Shown here one piece after another: positions 53,993 to 63,460 of a stretch of DNA of 64,000 nucleotides. The translations under genes and the position numbers were made by a program. Source of the DNA: Myxococcota bacterium (lineage in GTDB: Bacteria; Myxococcota; Kuafuiibacteriia; Kuafuiibacteriales; Kuafuiibacteriaceae); NCBI GenBank assembly GCA_039024635.1, contig JBCCQA010000001.1, forward strand, positions 71,932 through 135,931, in the 5' to 3' direction. The notes under the pieces were generated by a model that did not search any database, had not been told where the DNA came from, and saw only the letters and a program-made list of their open reading frames with translations. Every line of letters begins with the position of its first letter. The stretch's first letter is position 1.

Positions 53993-55104
53993 GCGTCGGC
54001 TGTGGGCTCGCGCCACCGCCGAGTCAGCTCGTGATGCCTACACCGCCCGCACCCGTGCCGGCCGCCCATCGGCTGCGGGTGGCCGTGCTTCCCTTTCTCG
54101 ATGGTCGCACCGAGGCACCGGCGCCAAGGGGTCGCTACGTCTACGGAGGGGTCGAGTATCGAGGCACGGAACTGCGGGGCGACGCCATGAGTCAGCTGAC
54201 CCAGGCCTTTGCCGAGCGGCTCCTGACTCGAGGTGTCTTCGAGGAGATCCTGCTCGTTCGCGACCGCAGTCAGGCCCGCAGCGCAGACCTCTTCCTGACC
54301 GGTCGCGTGCGTCGAGCGCGTGGCTACGTGGAGGCCTCGCCCGACCAGGACGATAGCGAGGAAGCGAAAGCTCGAGGCCCCTTGGCCTGGATAGTGGCCG
54401 AGGTTGACGTTCAGGATCTCCGCCTGGTCGATCGCGAAGGGCAGGTCCGCTTCGACGGAGCCACGGGCTGGGCCCTTCATCGACAAACGCGTGGGGTCGA
54501 AGATCCATGGGCCGTCCTCGGCGAGGCCTGGGCCCAAGCCGCCGACCAGGTTGCGGGCGTTTGGCGTGAGGCGGAGCTACAAAGTGCGAGGGTCCCGGAT
54601 CAGGTGGGTCTCGCCCCCGGCAAGCTGGGCTTCGATGCGCTCACTGAGCGTGTCCCGACCGGCTGGAGCGCCTACCGCGATGATGCTCGAAGCCCGCGAG
54701 GCTGGTCCGGCGACGCGTCATGTGCGCGGCTGGTGCTAAGCCAGATGCATGGCCTGAGATTCCATCGTGCCTTGGGGCCATACGTCCCACAGGCCCGAGT
54801 GTGGCGATGTCCGCCGGACGTAGAGCTGGAGTGGGATGAGGGAGAGTCCTATGCCGCCAAGCTCGCTGGTCGGAGTAGCGATGGTCGATGGCTCTTCGTT
54901 TCGGTGGTCGGCGCCTCGAACTGGAGTGGGGCGGAAGAACAGCTGGTGGAGGCGCTCGCAGTCGAGCCTCCCGAGCAGTCCTACGTCTTCAAGATTCCTT
55001 TGGTTCAGCCTGCGCGTCCCCGACCCAGCCCTCGGCATCGGAGCCCAGGTCCTCCGACCCTTCGACCTGCGCCGATTCGACGAAGCCCGAGTAGGGCCCA
55101 GTGA
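53956..55104 (+). CDS. Hypothetical secreted/lipoprotein
   Basis: Signal-like N-terminus MGSFRCLLAAALGVGCG. 382 aa with no family match. 5' overlaps the lnt 3' end by 37 nt. Confidence 0.4.
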   Translation: MGSFRCLLAAALGVGCGLAPPPSQLVMPTPPAPVPAAHRLRVAVLPFLDGRTEAPAPRGRYVYGGVEYRGTELRGDAMSQLTQAFAERLLTRGVFEEILLVRDRSQARSADLFLTGRVRRARGYVEASPDQDDSEEAKARGPLAWIVAEVDVQDLRLVDREGQVRFDGATGWALHRQTRGVEDPWAVLGEAWAQAADQVAGVWREAELQSARVPDQVGLAPGKLGFDALTERVPTGWSAYRDDARSPRGWSGDASCARLVLSQMHGLRFHRALGPYVPQARVWRCPPDVELEWDEGESYAAKLAGRSSDGRWLFVSVVGASNWSGAEEQLVEALAVEPPEQSYVFKIPLVQPARPRPSPRHRSPGPPTLRPAPIRRSPSRAQ

Positions 55105-55326
55105 ACGACGTGACGACGCATCTCCCTGGGGCTCGGTCCACGCGGTCCGAGACTGATGCTTGGTCGACCCATGCCCCGGGCTCGGCCTCAGGATGAGCAA
55201 GGCGCTGATACCATAAGCCCAAAACAGAAGGAGCCCGTCGCGCCGACGATGGCGAAGCTCGCAATCTCGTGTAGTGGCGCGCCTCCGGCCGAGAGCTTGC
55301 TCTGACCGGCGGAGCGAGGGATAACC

Positions 55327-56859
55327 GTGAGGGTTCGGCGGCACATGACCTTCGGCTTCAACCAATCACTGTCGACCGAGCTGGCCTATGTCGCGGTCGA
55401 GGAGTGCCTGCGTCTCGGGGCCAGCTACGCCGAGGCGCGCTTCGAATCTAGGCGGACGGAAGAACTCCGCACGCGCGGTGGCCGACTCGTCCAGTCCAGG
55501 TTGACCATCGATCAAGGCATCGGGATCCGGACCTTGGTGCGAGGTGCCTGGGGCTTCATCGCCGTCGCCGAGCCTTCGCGGCACGATGTAGCCGTAGGGG
55601 CTCGCAGGGCGGTCGAGCTGGCCCGGGCGGCGGGTGTTCTGCGGCCGTCGATCTCCCATATCCCCGCCATGGAGGTTCAGAGGGGCTCCTTTCGCACTCC
55701 GAGGGTCCGAGACCCCTTCGAAGTTCCGCTCGAAGAGAAGGTCGAGCGCCTGCAAGAGATCGATCGGTATATGATGCAGACGCCCCAGATCGTGACCACG
55801 AGAAGCCTCTGGCTCGGTCACAGCGTGCGAAAGATCCTGGTTACCTCCGAAGGCTCCGAACTCGATCAAGACCTCCTTCGATCCAGCCTCGGTTTCGAAG
55901 CCGGCGCCTCGGATGGGATCGAGCTGCAGATGGCCTCCTTTCCTCCGGCCCGTCAGGGCGTTTTTGGTGGGGGTTGGGAGCGGGTCGAAGCTCTGGACGT
56001 CCAGGCCTGCGCCGAGCGGGTGGCGCGCCAGGCGGCGGAGCAGCTGGAGGCGGACCTGTGCCCTTCCGACACCACCACGTTGGTTCTGAGCCCCGAAACC
56101 TTAGGCGCTCACGTATTGGGCTGCCGAGGCCTGTTCGACTTCGACCGCATGAAGGAACGTGGCGACGGCTCGCTCCTGGGCGAGCGGGTCGGGAGTGAGC
56201 AGCTCGGCTTGCGCAACGAACCCGAGCTGGAAGGGGGCGCGGGGACGGTGGCCTTCGACGACGAAGGCGTTCCTGCCCGGGCCACGACTCTAGTCAAGTC
56301 CGGCGTGCTGGAGGGAATGCTGGCCAGTCGTTCCTCCTTCGACGAGTTGGGGCTCAACGAGCCGTCGGGTGCGATGCACGCCGTGTCCTGGAGTCAGCCG
56401 CCGGAGATCCGGCCCAGCAACCTCGTCGTCGAGGGCGGAGAAGGAAGCCTGGACGACTTCGCCCGCGACCTGGCGAACGGAATCCTGATCGAAGGCATGC
56501 GAAGCTTCGCGCTCAGCGAGCGAGGCGGCGAGTTCGTGGCGGTCGGGGAGCGGGCCTGGGAGATCAAGAAGGGCGAGAGGGTCCGCATGCTGAAGAACCC
56601 GGCCTATCGTGGGAAGACGCGGGCCTTTTTCGAGAGCCTCGAAGGCGTGGGAGCGTCGGACGACGCGGCGGCGGCCGGAGCCCCGGTGGGTAGCAAAGGA
56701 CGGCCCGAGCAGTTTCTGTCCATTGGCGTCAGAGCGCCCTGCGCGCGATTTACCAAGGTCGAGCTTGGAAGTTCGGAGCTACCGCCCGGTGACTCCGTGG
56801 ACCTTCCGGTCGTTGGACCCAAAGAGGGATCGACCCCGCCTCGAGCGAGCAAGGGCTGA
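55327..56859 (+). CDS. tldD: TldD-family metalloprotease
   Basis: 510 aa. PmbA/TldD fold. N-terminus 'ELAYVAVEECLRLGASYAEARFE' and metal motif (HExxxH-like 'HAVSWSQPPE'). Confidence 0.75.
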   Translation: MRVRRHMTFGFNQSLSTELAYVAVEECLRLGASYAEARFESRRTEELRTRGGRLVQSRLTIDQGIGIRTLVRGAWGFIAVAEPSRHDVAVGARRAVELARAAGVLRPSISHIPAMEVQRGSFRTPRVRDPFEVPLEEKVERLQEIDRYMMQTPQIVTTRSLWLGHSVRKILVTSEGSELDQDLLRSSLGFEAGASDGIELQMASFPPARQGVFGGGWERVEALDVQACAERVARQAAEQLEADLCPSDTTTLVLSPETLGAHVLGCRGLFDFDRMKERGDGSLLGERVGSEQLGLRNEPELEGGAGTVAFDDEGVPARATTLVKSGVLEGMLASRSSFDELGLNEPSGAMHAVSWSQPPEIRPSNLVVEGGEGSLDDFARDLANGILIEGMRSFALSERGGEFVAVGERAWEIKKGERVRMLKNPAYRGKTRAFFESLEGVGASDDAAAAGAPVGSKGRPEQFLSIGVRAPCARFTKVELGSSELPPGDSVDLPVVGPKEGSTPPRASKG

Positions 56860-58220
56860 TGATGCGAGAGCAGGAGGAAGCCTTCCGAATCTTGGAGTCG
56901 GCCCTCGCGCTGGCGTCACAAGGGGTCAGCGAGGCCGAGGTTGCGCTGTGCGGCGGTCATTCGGGGGAGACAGGCTTCTGTACCGACGGCTTGGTCGACT
57001 GCCGCGAAATCAACTCCGAGGCCATCACGGTCCGAGTGGTCAAGGAGGGCAACGTCGTCCAGGTGGGCACCACCGATTTCAGCCGTGAAGGCATCCTCGA
57101 GGCGGCCGAAGAGGCACAGCGCCAGGTGGACGTACTCCAGCCCTCGGAGTTCGAGCGCAGCCTCCCCGACGCACAGCACTACACCGTCATCGAGGCTTTC
57201 GACGCAGCGGCCGAAGCCACGCGCTCTCTCGAGCGGGCCGCCATGGCGTCCCGGGCCGTCCTCAAGGCCAAGGAGCGAGGCTATCGAACCCGTGGCCGAT
57301 GCGTGGTGCGGCGCGGGGGCATGGACGCTGGCGGCCAAGTGACCCCTTACGCCATCGCGAACACGAAGGGTCTGCTCGCCTACCATCCGAAGACTCGGGT
57401 CGAATATGGGGTCGAGTTCGGCGATGCCGAAGGTCGCTTCGGCGCGGCTCGCTTCGATGCCCATGCCGTCGCATCGGTCGATCCGGACCGGATCGTTGAG
57501 ACTGCGCTCGCCGAACTGGAGTCGGCGAGCGCCTTTCGTCCGGTCGGGCCCGGCCTGAACAAAGCACTGTTGGGGCCCGCGGCGGTGGGAGAGCTCGTCC
57601 GCTTCATCGGATTGACCTGCGGTGCAGGCATGGTGGAGTCCGGAGCCTCCTTCCTCTCCGACAGGATCGGGAGTCTCATCTGCAGCAAGAGGGTGAGTCT
57701 CAGAGACGACTTCTCCCATCCGCTTCATCGAGGCATGCCCTTCGACCTGGAGGGAGTCGCGCGCAAGCCGGTCGACATCATTGTCGAAGGTGTCGCCAAA
57801 GGCCCCGTGTATTCCTGGGAGAACGCAGCCCGCCTGGAAGGTGAAGCTACGGGCCATCGCCAGAGCCAGGCCGTCGTTGGCGAGTACGAAGGAGCACGTC
57901 ACCTCGTCATGGACGGCGAAGGCGCGCCGCTCGAAGAGCTTGTTCAGATGGTCGAACTCGGGGTCTACATCTCCGACCTCGAGCACGTTCGGCTCGTCGA
58001 CAGCCAGAAGGTTAGGGTGACCGGGGTCAGTCGGGGGGGCGTCCGCGTGGTCGAGGATGGCGAGATCGTCGCCTTCGGTCCTCCCCTCCGCATGGAGTGC
58101 AGCGTCATCGACTTGCTGGGTTCCGTACTTGGTTCCGGTCAGCCGGTCTGGTCGCCGGGGGGCGTTGTGCCTTCGCTCGTCGTGGACGGCCTGCCTCTGA
58201 GACCGACGGCGGCCTTCTAG
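56859..58220 (+). CDS. pmbA: PmbA/TldE-family protein (TldD partner)
   Basis: 453 aa PmbA_TldD family. ATGA overlap with tldD. Confidence 0.7.
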   Translation: MMREQEEAFRILESALALASQGVSEAEVALCGGHSGETGFCTDGLVDCREINSEAITVRVVKEGNVVQVGTTDFSREGILEAAEEAQRQVDVLQPSEFERSLPDAQHYTVIEAFDAAAEATRSLERAAMASRAVLKAKERGYRTRGRCVVRRGGMDAGGQVTPYAIANTKGLLAYHPKTRVEYGVEFGDAEGRFGAARFDAHAVASVDPDRIVETALAELESASAFRPVGPGLNKALLGPAAVGELVRFIGLTCGAGMVESGASFLSDRIGSLICSKRVSLRDDFSHPLHRGMPFDLEGVARKPVDIIVEGVAKGPVYSWENAARLEGEATGHRQSQAVVGEYEGARHLVMDGEGAPLEELVQMVELGVYISDLEHVRLVDSQKVRVTGVSRGGVRVVEDGEIVAFGPPLRMECSVIDLLGSVLGSGQPVWSPGGVVPSLVVDGLPLRPTAAF

Positions 58221-58226
58221 CCTGCT

Positions 58227-60128
58227 TCAGTTTCCCCGAACCTCGAGTCTGTCGCGCTCGAAGTCTGCGATGACCTTCAGTTTGGCCCCAGCGGGAACGT
58301 CGACGTCTTTGACGACGACCGGCGTCGCCCGGCGGAGGGAACCCGGCCGCTCGATGGGGGGGCAGCTCGTGCCTTCGATGGAAATCCGATGGCGGCCGGG
58401 TCGAAGGCGATGGTCGTAGCTCGGCGTACTTCGAGCAATGACGACACCGTCGACCGTCACTCGGCTCGAGCAGGAGCGGGTCCCAAAGGCGACGGTCGCT
58501 TCCTTGGGGGGGGTGGGCGGCGCCTCCCTGGACGTCGGCGCCTTGGCCGAAGTGGGCAAGGCGCCAACCTCGGCGGCGACGGAGACCGTCTCGGTGCTCG
58601 CCGACTCGTCGGGGGGCGCGGTCGGCGTCGAGGAGGGCGCGGTCTCGTCTTCCGCTGGTTCGGGTGCCTGAACCTCTGCCGTAGCCGTGGTAGGGAGGGT
58701 TTCGGTGTCGGGACCATCGCTGAAGCCGATGGCGGCCAGGACCACCACGGTGGCCGCCACGGCGCCGACGACGAGGGGCAGAAAAGGTCGACGGGTCGGA
58801 GGGGCCTCCCCCGGGGTCGACGTGTAGCTCATGGGCGCGACGGGCGCTTCGACGCCGGCCCACGGGCTCATGGTCGAGGAAGGGGGGGGCGTCGGGACCC
58901 TGCTCGGCGCCGATGCGGTCTCGTCTCTGGTGATCCGAGTGTGAACGGGTGGCTGGCTCGTTCCGAGGGCTGGGGTCTCCTCGACGGACGAGTCGCTCTT
59001 AACGAGCAGGGGCGTCGAACCTGGGGTCGCGTCGGGTGAGCTGGGAAAGCGGGTGGCGATGGTCTCGATGTCGTCGGTGATGGAGTGTTCGATCGCCTTG
59101 GAGATGACGTCGCTCAGTTCGAGGGTGCTCGGAACCGAAATCGGCGGAAGCTCGGTTTGGGTCTCTTCTTGGCGTCGTAGCTCCAGCAGCTCCGTGGCGA
59201 GCTTGCCCAGCTTTCGATGGTCTTCGTCGGGATGAAACAAGAAGCGAAGTCGGGCGAGCTGTTGGGCGAGATCGGCCGCCGTCTCCACTCTCCTCTCGGG
59301 ACTCTTGGAGAGAAGCCTGAGGACGAGCTCACTGATCTCGGGCGCCACGCTCGGGTTGCGCTCGGAAGGATCTGGGACGTTGTGCGCTCGCATCAGGGAG
59401 CGGGTCGTCTCGTCGTCGGGCCGCCAGAACAGGGCCTCGCCGGTGAGCATTTCGAAGAGGAGGAGGCCGGTCTGGTAGATGTCGGTCCTGGGGTCCACGT
59501 CCAGGCCGACGGCCTGCTCGGGGGACATGTAGCCCGTGGTCCCCTTCACGACCCCCGCTCGCGTCTTGGGCATGGCGGCAGCGGCAGAGGCGGTCTTGGC
59601 GATGCCGAAGTCCAGGATCTTGACCTCGCCCTCCCGGGAAATCAGGACGTTGCGGGGATTGAGGTCGCGGTGGACCAGACCCAAGGGCTCGCCGTCCGGC
59701 CCGTGTTTCCGGTGGGCGTAGTCCAGACCCTTGGAGACTTCCTCGGCCACCAAGAGGGCGAGACCCGGGTTGAGCGTTCGCCCGAATTTTCGGGCATGAT
59801 CCAGGAGTTGAAAGACGTCCAGGCCATCCACGAACTCCATGGCGATGAAGTAGGTGCCGTCGACGCGGCCGAGCTCGTAGATGCCCACCACGTTGGCGTG
59901 ATTGAGACTGACCGCGATCTTGGCCTCGGCCACGAAGCTCTGAACGAACTCGGGGTCCCGTGCGTACTGAGGCAGGATCTGCTTGATCACCAGATCCTTC
60001 TCGAAGCCGTCGGCGCCGTAGAGCTTGGCCGCGAAGACCTCGGCCATCCCGCCCACCGCAATGCGGCGCGTGAGGAAGTATTTGCCGAAGGTGGTGGGTT
60101 GGAACACGAGGCCCCCAGGCGAAGCCAC
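58227..60128 (-). CDS. Ser/Thr protein kinase with Pro-rich linker, TM segment and C-terminal PEGA domain
   Basis: 'IAVGGMAEVF...VIKQI...HRDLNPRNVLI...DFGIAK...GTTGYMSPE'. C-terminal PEGA-like beta domain (RVTVDGVVIARSTP...). Confidence 0.9.
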   Translation of the reverse strand: MASPGGLVFQPTTFGKYFLTRRIAVGGMAEVFAAKLYGADGFEKDLVIKQILPQYARDPEFVQSFVAEAKIAVSLNHANVVGIYELGRVDGTYFIAMEFVDGLDVFQLLDHARKFGRTLNPGLALLVAEEVSKGLDYAHRKHGPDGEPLGLVHRDLNPRNVLISREGEVKILDFGIAKTASAAAAMPKTRAGVVKGTTGYMSPEQAVGLDVDPRTDIYQTGLLLFEMLTGEALFWRPDDETTRSLMRAHNVPDPSERNPSVAPEISELVLRLLSKSPERRVETAADLAQQLARLRFLFHPDEDHRKLGKLATELLELRRQEETQTELPPISVPSTLELSDVISKAIEHSITDDIETIATRFPSSPDATPGSTPLLVKSDSSVEETPALGTSQPPVHTRITRDETASAPSRVPTPPPSSTMSPWAGVEAPVAPMSYTSTPGEAPPTRRPFLPLVVGAVAATVVVLAAIGFSDGPDTETLPTTATAEVQAPEPAEDETAPSSTPTAPPDESASTETVSVAAEVGALPTSAKAPTSREAPPTPPKEATVAFGTRSCSSRVTVDGVVIARSTPSYDHRLRPGRHRISIEGTSCPPIERPGSLRRATPVVVKDVDVPAGAKLKVIADFERDRLEVRGN

Positions 60129-60299
60129 ACGCTTCGCGGCTCCGAATTTTGCCCTGGACGGAGAGGCAGCGCAATCATCGCGAGCCTTCGTGTATGCGCA
60201 CTCCTAGGCCTGATTTCCTGTCAGAATACCGAAACCTTTCAGGTCAGCTTCGTTGCACCTCAGGAGCCGAATCCCTTCACTGGGGTCGAGGAACTCCAG

Positions 60300-62036
60300 G
60301 TGTGGGGAGTCCTGGGAGATCGTCGCCAAGACCTCGGTCGACACCGGTGGGATCAGGGTCAGTTCGCGCTGCCTCTGGCCCCGGTCGAAGTCCAGCGCTT
60401 GGTGTTTGCCGGGCTGGCCCTCGACGAAATTGGGCGTACGGAGGCCGTCCTTGCCACCGGCCGCACAGCGCTCCTCGACATCCTGCAGTCGGCGCCTTCG
60501 GGGCCGCTGAGGGTCGACTACTGGGCGACAGGCCGCCTCAGTCGTTTGGACGCGCTCCCTTGGTCGGGGCCGACCTGGATGGTGAGCCTTGGGGATCGCG
60601 TCCTTCTCGCCGAGGAGACCGAGGACTGCGTCGAGGTAGCGACCCTGGTGTGGGATGGTCAGCTTCGTCCGGGTCCGGTTCTACCCCCTGCCTTCAACGT
60701 TTCGCCACGGGCCGCCCCGAGGGAAGGCGTTGTCGTGCTGGTGGGGCGGAGTGACTGCGGAGGTCCGGACTGGGCCGTCCTCGACGAGGAAGCTTCGGTT
60801 CTAGATCTGTACGTGGCTTCAGTCCCGCTGCGGCCGGCGGCAGCGGTCTTCCCGGTTGGGACGGGGCGGGTGCTGGTTGCCGGCGGGGCCGAAACGACCG
60901 GACTGGGGACGGTCGAGGTCTATGAGCTCGACCCCGAGACCGGGAACTCGGCGCTCCTTGGGCGACTGGATCAACCTCGGCTCGGCAGCGCTGGGGCTGC
61001 GCTCACCCAAGACCTCGTGGCCATCATCGGCGGACAGACCCGCACGGCGACCGCATCGGCCGTCTCGGCCGTGTCCTTCTTTTCACTAGGGGCCGGTCGG
61101 ACCCAAGGCCGTGGGCTGGAGCTTTCGGAGCCGAGAAGCAAACCCTCGGTCCTGCGGCTGGCCTCGGGCTCGCTCCTGGTGGCGGGCGGGGTCGAAGCCT
61201 CGGCCCAGGTCATCGTTCCGGATCTGGAGCCCACCCGGACTGCAACCCTCACCCCCACCTTGGTCGGCTTGGACGCCGGTCCTGGGGCGCTGGTGGATCT
61301 CCGAGATGGTGGCCTTCTGTGGGTCGCCGAGGCGGGTCAGGTTCAATGGCTGCAGCTCCTTCCGGTCCGAGTGGTGGAGGTGGCGAGCCGAGGTTCTGGC
61401 CCGTGGCGAGCTACTTCGGCCGGTCTCGGCCGGGCCCTCCTTGTCGATGGGCGGGGACAACTCTGGGGCTTCGATGGGGGTCCCCAAGGCCTGCTGACCA
61501 GCCCCCCGAGCTTGGAGCTCCTGGGTCCGGACGTTCCCCTCGGGCTTGTACCGCTGCGGCCGGGTGCTTGGGGAGCGGCCGGTGCGGGGGTGCTCGGCCG
61601 GGCGCCGAGCGCCTTCAGCGTTCAGCTCTTGCCCAGCGAGCGCCTCCTCCTGGCGTCCGAGGACCGGCTCGATTTCGAGCTGACCATCGGTCTCGAACTG
61701 GGCCCGGGTGCCCGGGCCTCCATCGTCTTCGGTCAGGTCCAGGAAGACTTCGACCACGTCGTTCTTGCAGGAACGCCCCAGGTCGTTCGGGGACCTCAGC
61801 GACAGAGCTCGGCGCCGCTCAATTGTCCGCCGGGATTCGATGAACGGCTGGGACGAGAGGGGCTGCCCAACACCATCAGGGTCACTCGTCGAAATCGAGG
61901 GCGAGAGCTGGCCCTCGACGTCGGGGCCGATGGCGAGGAGGAGCTGCGCTGCGCGACCCCGGCTCCGCGAGCCGGGGCCATCAGCCTCGCGGTCATCAAC
62001 GGAGAGGTTCGTTTCTTCGAAGCGGCCCTCCGCTGA
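60300..62036 (+). CDS. Kelch-like beta-propeller repeat protein; start unresolved
   Basis: Repeated 'hhhhGG' blades (RVLVAGGAETTG; LVAIIGGQTRT; SLLVAGGVEAS). Frame is open upstream to a lipoprotein-like 'RRGSAIIASLRVCALLGLISC' segment that lacks an in-frame start codon. GTG at 60300 is the first canonical start. Confidence 0.5.
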   Translation: MWGVLGDRRQDLGRHRWDQGQFALPLAPVEVQRLVFAGLALDEIGRTEAVLATGRTALLDILQSAPSGPLRVDYWATGRLSRLDALPWSGPTWMVSLGDRVLLAEETEDCVEVATLVWDGQLRPGPVLPPAFNVSPRAAPREGVVVLVGRSDCGGPDWAVLDEEASVLDLYVASVPLRPAAAVFPVGTGRVLVAGGAETTGLGTVEVYELDPETGNSALLGRLDQPRLGSAGAALTQDLVAIIGGQTRTATASAVSAVSFFSLGAGRTQGRGLELSEPRSKPSVLRLASGSLLVAGGVEASAQVIVPDLEPTRTATLTPTLVGLDAGPGALVDLRDGGLLWVAEAGQVQWLQLLPVRVVEVASRGSGPWRATSAGLGRALLVDGRGQLWGFDGGPQGLLTSPPSLELLGPDVPLGLVPLRPGAWGAAGAGVLGRAPSAFSVQLLPSERLLLASEDRLDFELTIGLELGPGARASIVFGQVQEDFDHVVLAGTPQVVRGPQRQSSAPLNCPPGFDERLGREGLPNTIRVTRRNRGRELALDVGADGEEELRCATPAPRAGAISLAVINGEVRFFEAALR

Positions 62037-62042
62037 GCGGGC

Positions 62043-63383
62043 TTACTCCGGAGCTTCGTAGAGCTCGTGCTTTCGCAGCAGGTTTCGGAGGTGCTTCCGA
62101 TCCATCGAGGCGAGACGAGAAGCCTTCGACAAGCTTCCGTCGGCTCGGGCCAGCAACCAAGGAAGATAGCTCCGCTCGAAGTCTTGTTCCCAGGCACTCT
62201 TGTGTTCGGAGAAGGAGCGCTCCTCGTCGAAGGCCTCACCCTCCAGTTCGCTCCCTCCTTCCTCCACCACCCCGTGAATCATGAAGCGGGCAACGCCGTC
62301 CCCGGTCTGGGCCAGCCATAGGCCACGTTCCACCGTGTTCTTGAGTTCGCGAACGTTGCCCGGCCAATCGTGGGCCCGAAGGGCCGCAACCTCTTCCGAA
62401 GGAATGGTCGCCTGATGGCGGGTCCGCTCGGCAAAGGCCCGAGCGAAAGACTGGGCCAGAACGGGAATGTCGTCTCGTCGCTGTCGAAGCGGGGGGAGGG
62501 TCAAGGGCACGACGGCGAGTCGAAACCACAGGTCTTCGCGGAAGCGACCCCGGCGAACCTCTTCCCGCAGGTCTCGCTTGGTGGCGGCCACGATCCGAAC
62601 GTCGACCCGCTGGCTCTCGTTGCCGCCCACCCGCTGGATCACTCGCTCTTCTAGGGCTCGGAGGAGCTTGGGTTGGACGTCGACCGGTAGCTCTCCGACC
62701 TCGTCCAGGAACAGCGTTCCTCCATGGGCCCGCTCGAAGGCGCCGGCGCTGCGCTCTTCCGCCCCGGTGAAAGCGCCTCTCTCATGACCGAAGAGCTCGC
62801 TTTCGACCAAGGTCGGCGCGATGGCCCCGCAGTCCACCGTCACGATGGGCCCTTCGGAACGGGCCGAGGCCTGGTGGATGGCTCGGGCGAGGACGTCCTT
62901 TCCCGTACCGGTCTCGCCCAAGAGCAGGACCGTCGCTTCAGTCGAGGCGATGGCCTCCAAGACCCCGAAGATCTCCCGCATGACCAGCGACTTGCCCCGA
63001 GCCTGACCGAATCGGTCATGGTTGGAAGGGAGGATCTTGACCGCGTCCTTGGACTCCATGACCTGGAGTTCGGTCCCGCCCAAGTCGAGGACGGTCCCGG
63101 GCCCAAGGACGGCCTCCTTGATCACGCTGCCGTTGACCTTGGTTTGGCCCTGGGACCGGTCGATGGCGTGGAGGCCGTCGCTTTCCTGGACCAGCTCGAC
63201 CTGAAGTGGGGCCAGGCCCTCCCAGCGGATGAGGACCTTCGGATCGGATCCGATGGTCGTCCGAAACTGGTGGAGCTGCAGCTCATGGCCCTTCTTGGGG
63301 CCGTTCAGCACCACGAGCTTGGGTCGGTCCAGGCGGATCTGATCCGAGACGAAGGCGGTCTTGGGCCCTGAGCTCCTATTCAC
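62043..63383 (-). CDS. Sigma-54-dependent transcriptional activator with N-terminal FHA domain
   Basis: FHA ([20 protein letters not shown]...). AAA+ sigma54 domain ([18 protein letters not shown]...GAFTGA...). C-terminal Fis HTH. GTG start. Confidence 0.9.
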   Translation of the reverse strand: MNRSSGPKTAFVSDQIRLDRPKLVVLNGPKKGHELQLHQFRTTIGSDPKVLIRWEGLAPLQVELVQESDGLHAIDRSQGQTKVNGSVIKEAVLGPGTVLDLGGTELQVMESKDAVKILPSNHDRFGQARGKSLVMREIFGVLEAIASTEATVLLLGETGTGKDVLARAIHQASARSEGPIVTVDCGAIAPTLVESELFGHERGAFTGAEERSAGAFERAHGGTLFLDEVGELPVDVQPKLLRALEERVIQRVGGNESQRVDVRIVAATKRDLREEVRRGRFREDLWFRLAVVPLTLPPLRQRRDDIPVLAQSFARAFAERTRHQATIPSEEVAALRAHDWPGNVRELKNTVERGLWLAQTGDGVARFMIHGVVEEGGSELEGEAFDEERSFSEHKSAWEQDFERSYLPWLLARADGSLSKASRLASMDRKHLRNLLRKHELYEAPE

Positions 63384-63460
63384 TGCCGAGGAGGATAGCA
63401 GCTCTGGGCGGGTCCTTCACTGCTCTGGCCCCGAGCACGCACTCCTGGTCCACTATCGGG

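Noticed and set aside
54736-55365. 209-aa minus-strand ORF
   Set aside because: Overlaps the 3' end of the plus-strand lipoprotein and the tldD upstream region. No features or coupling.
59217-60150. 5' third of the 939-aa plus-strand ORF
   Set aside because: Antisense to the well-supported Ser/Thr kinase. Only the part downstream of ~60300 (Kelch-like) is kept.
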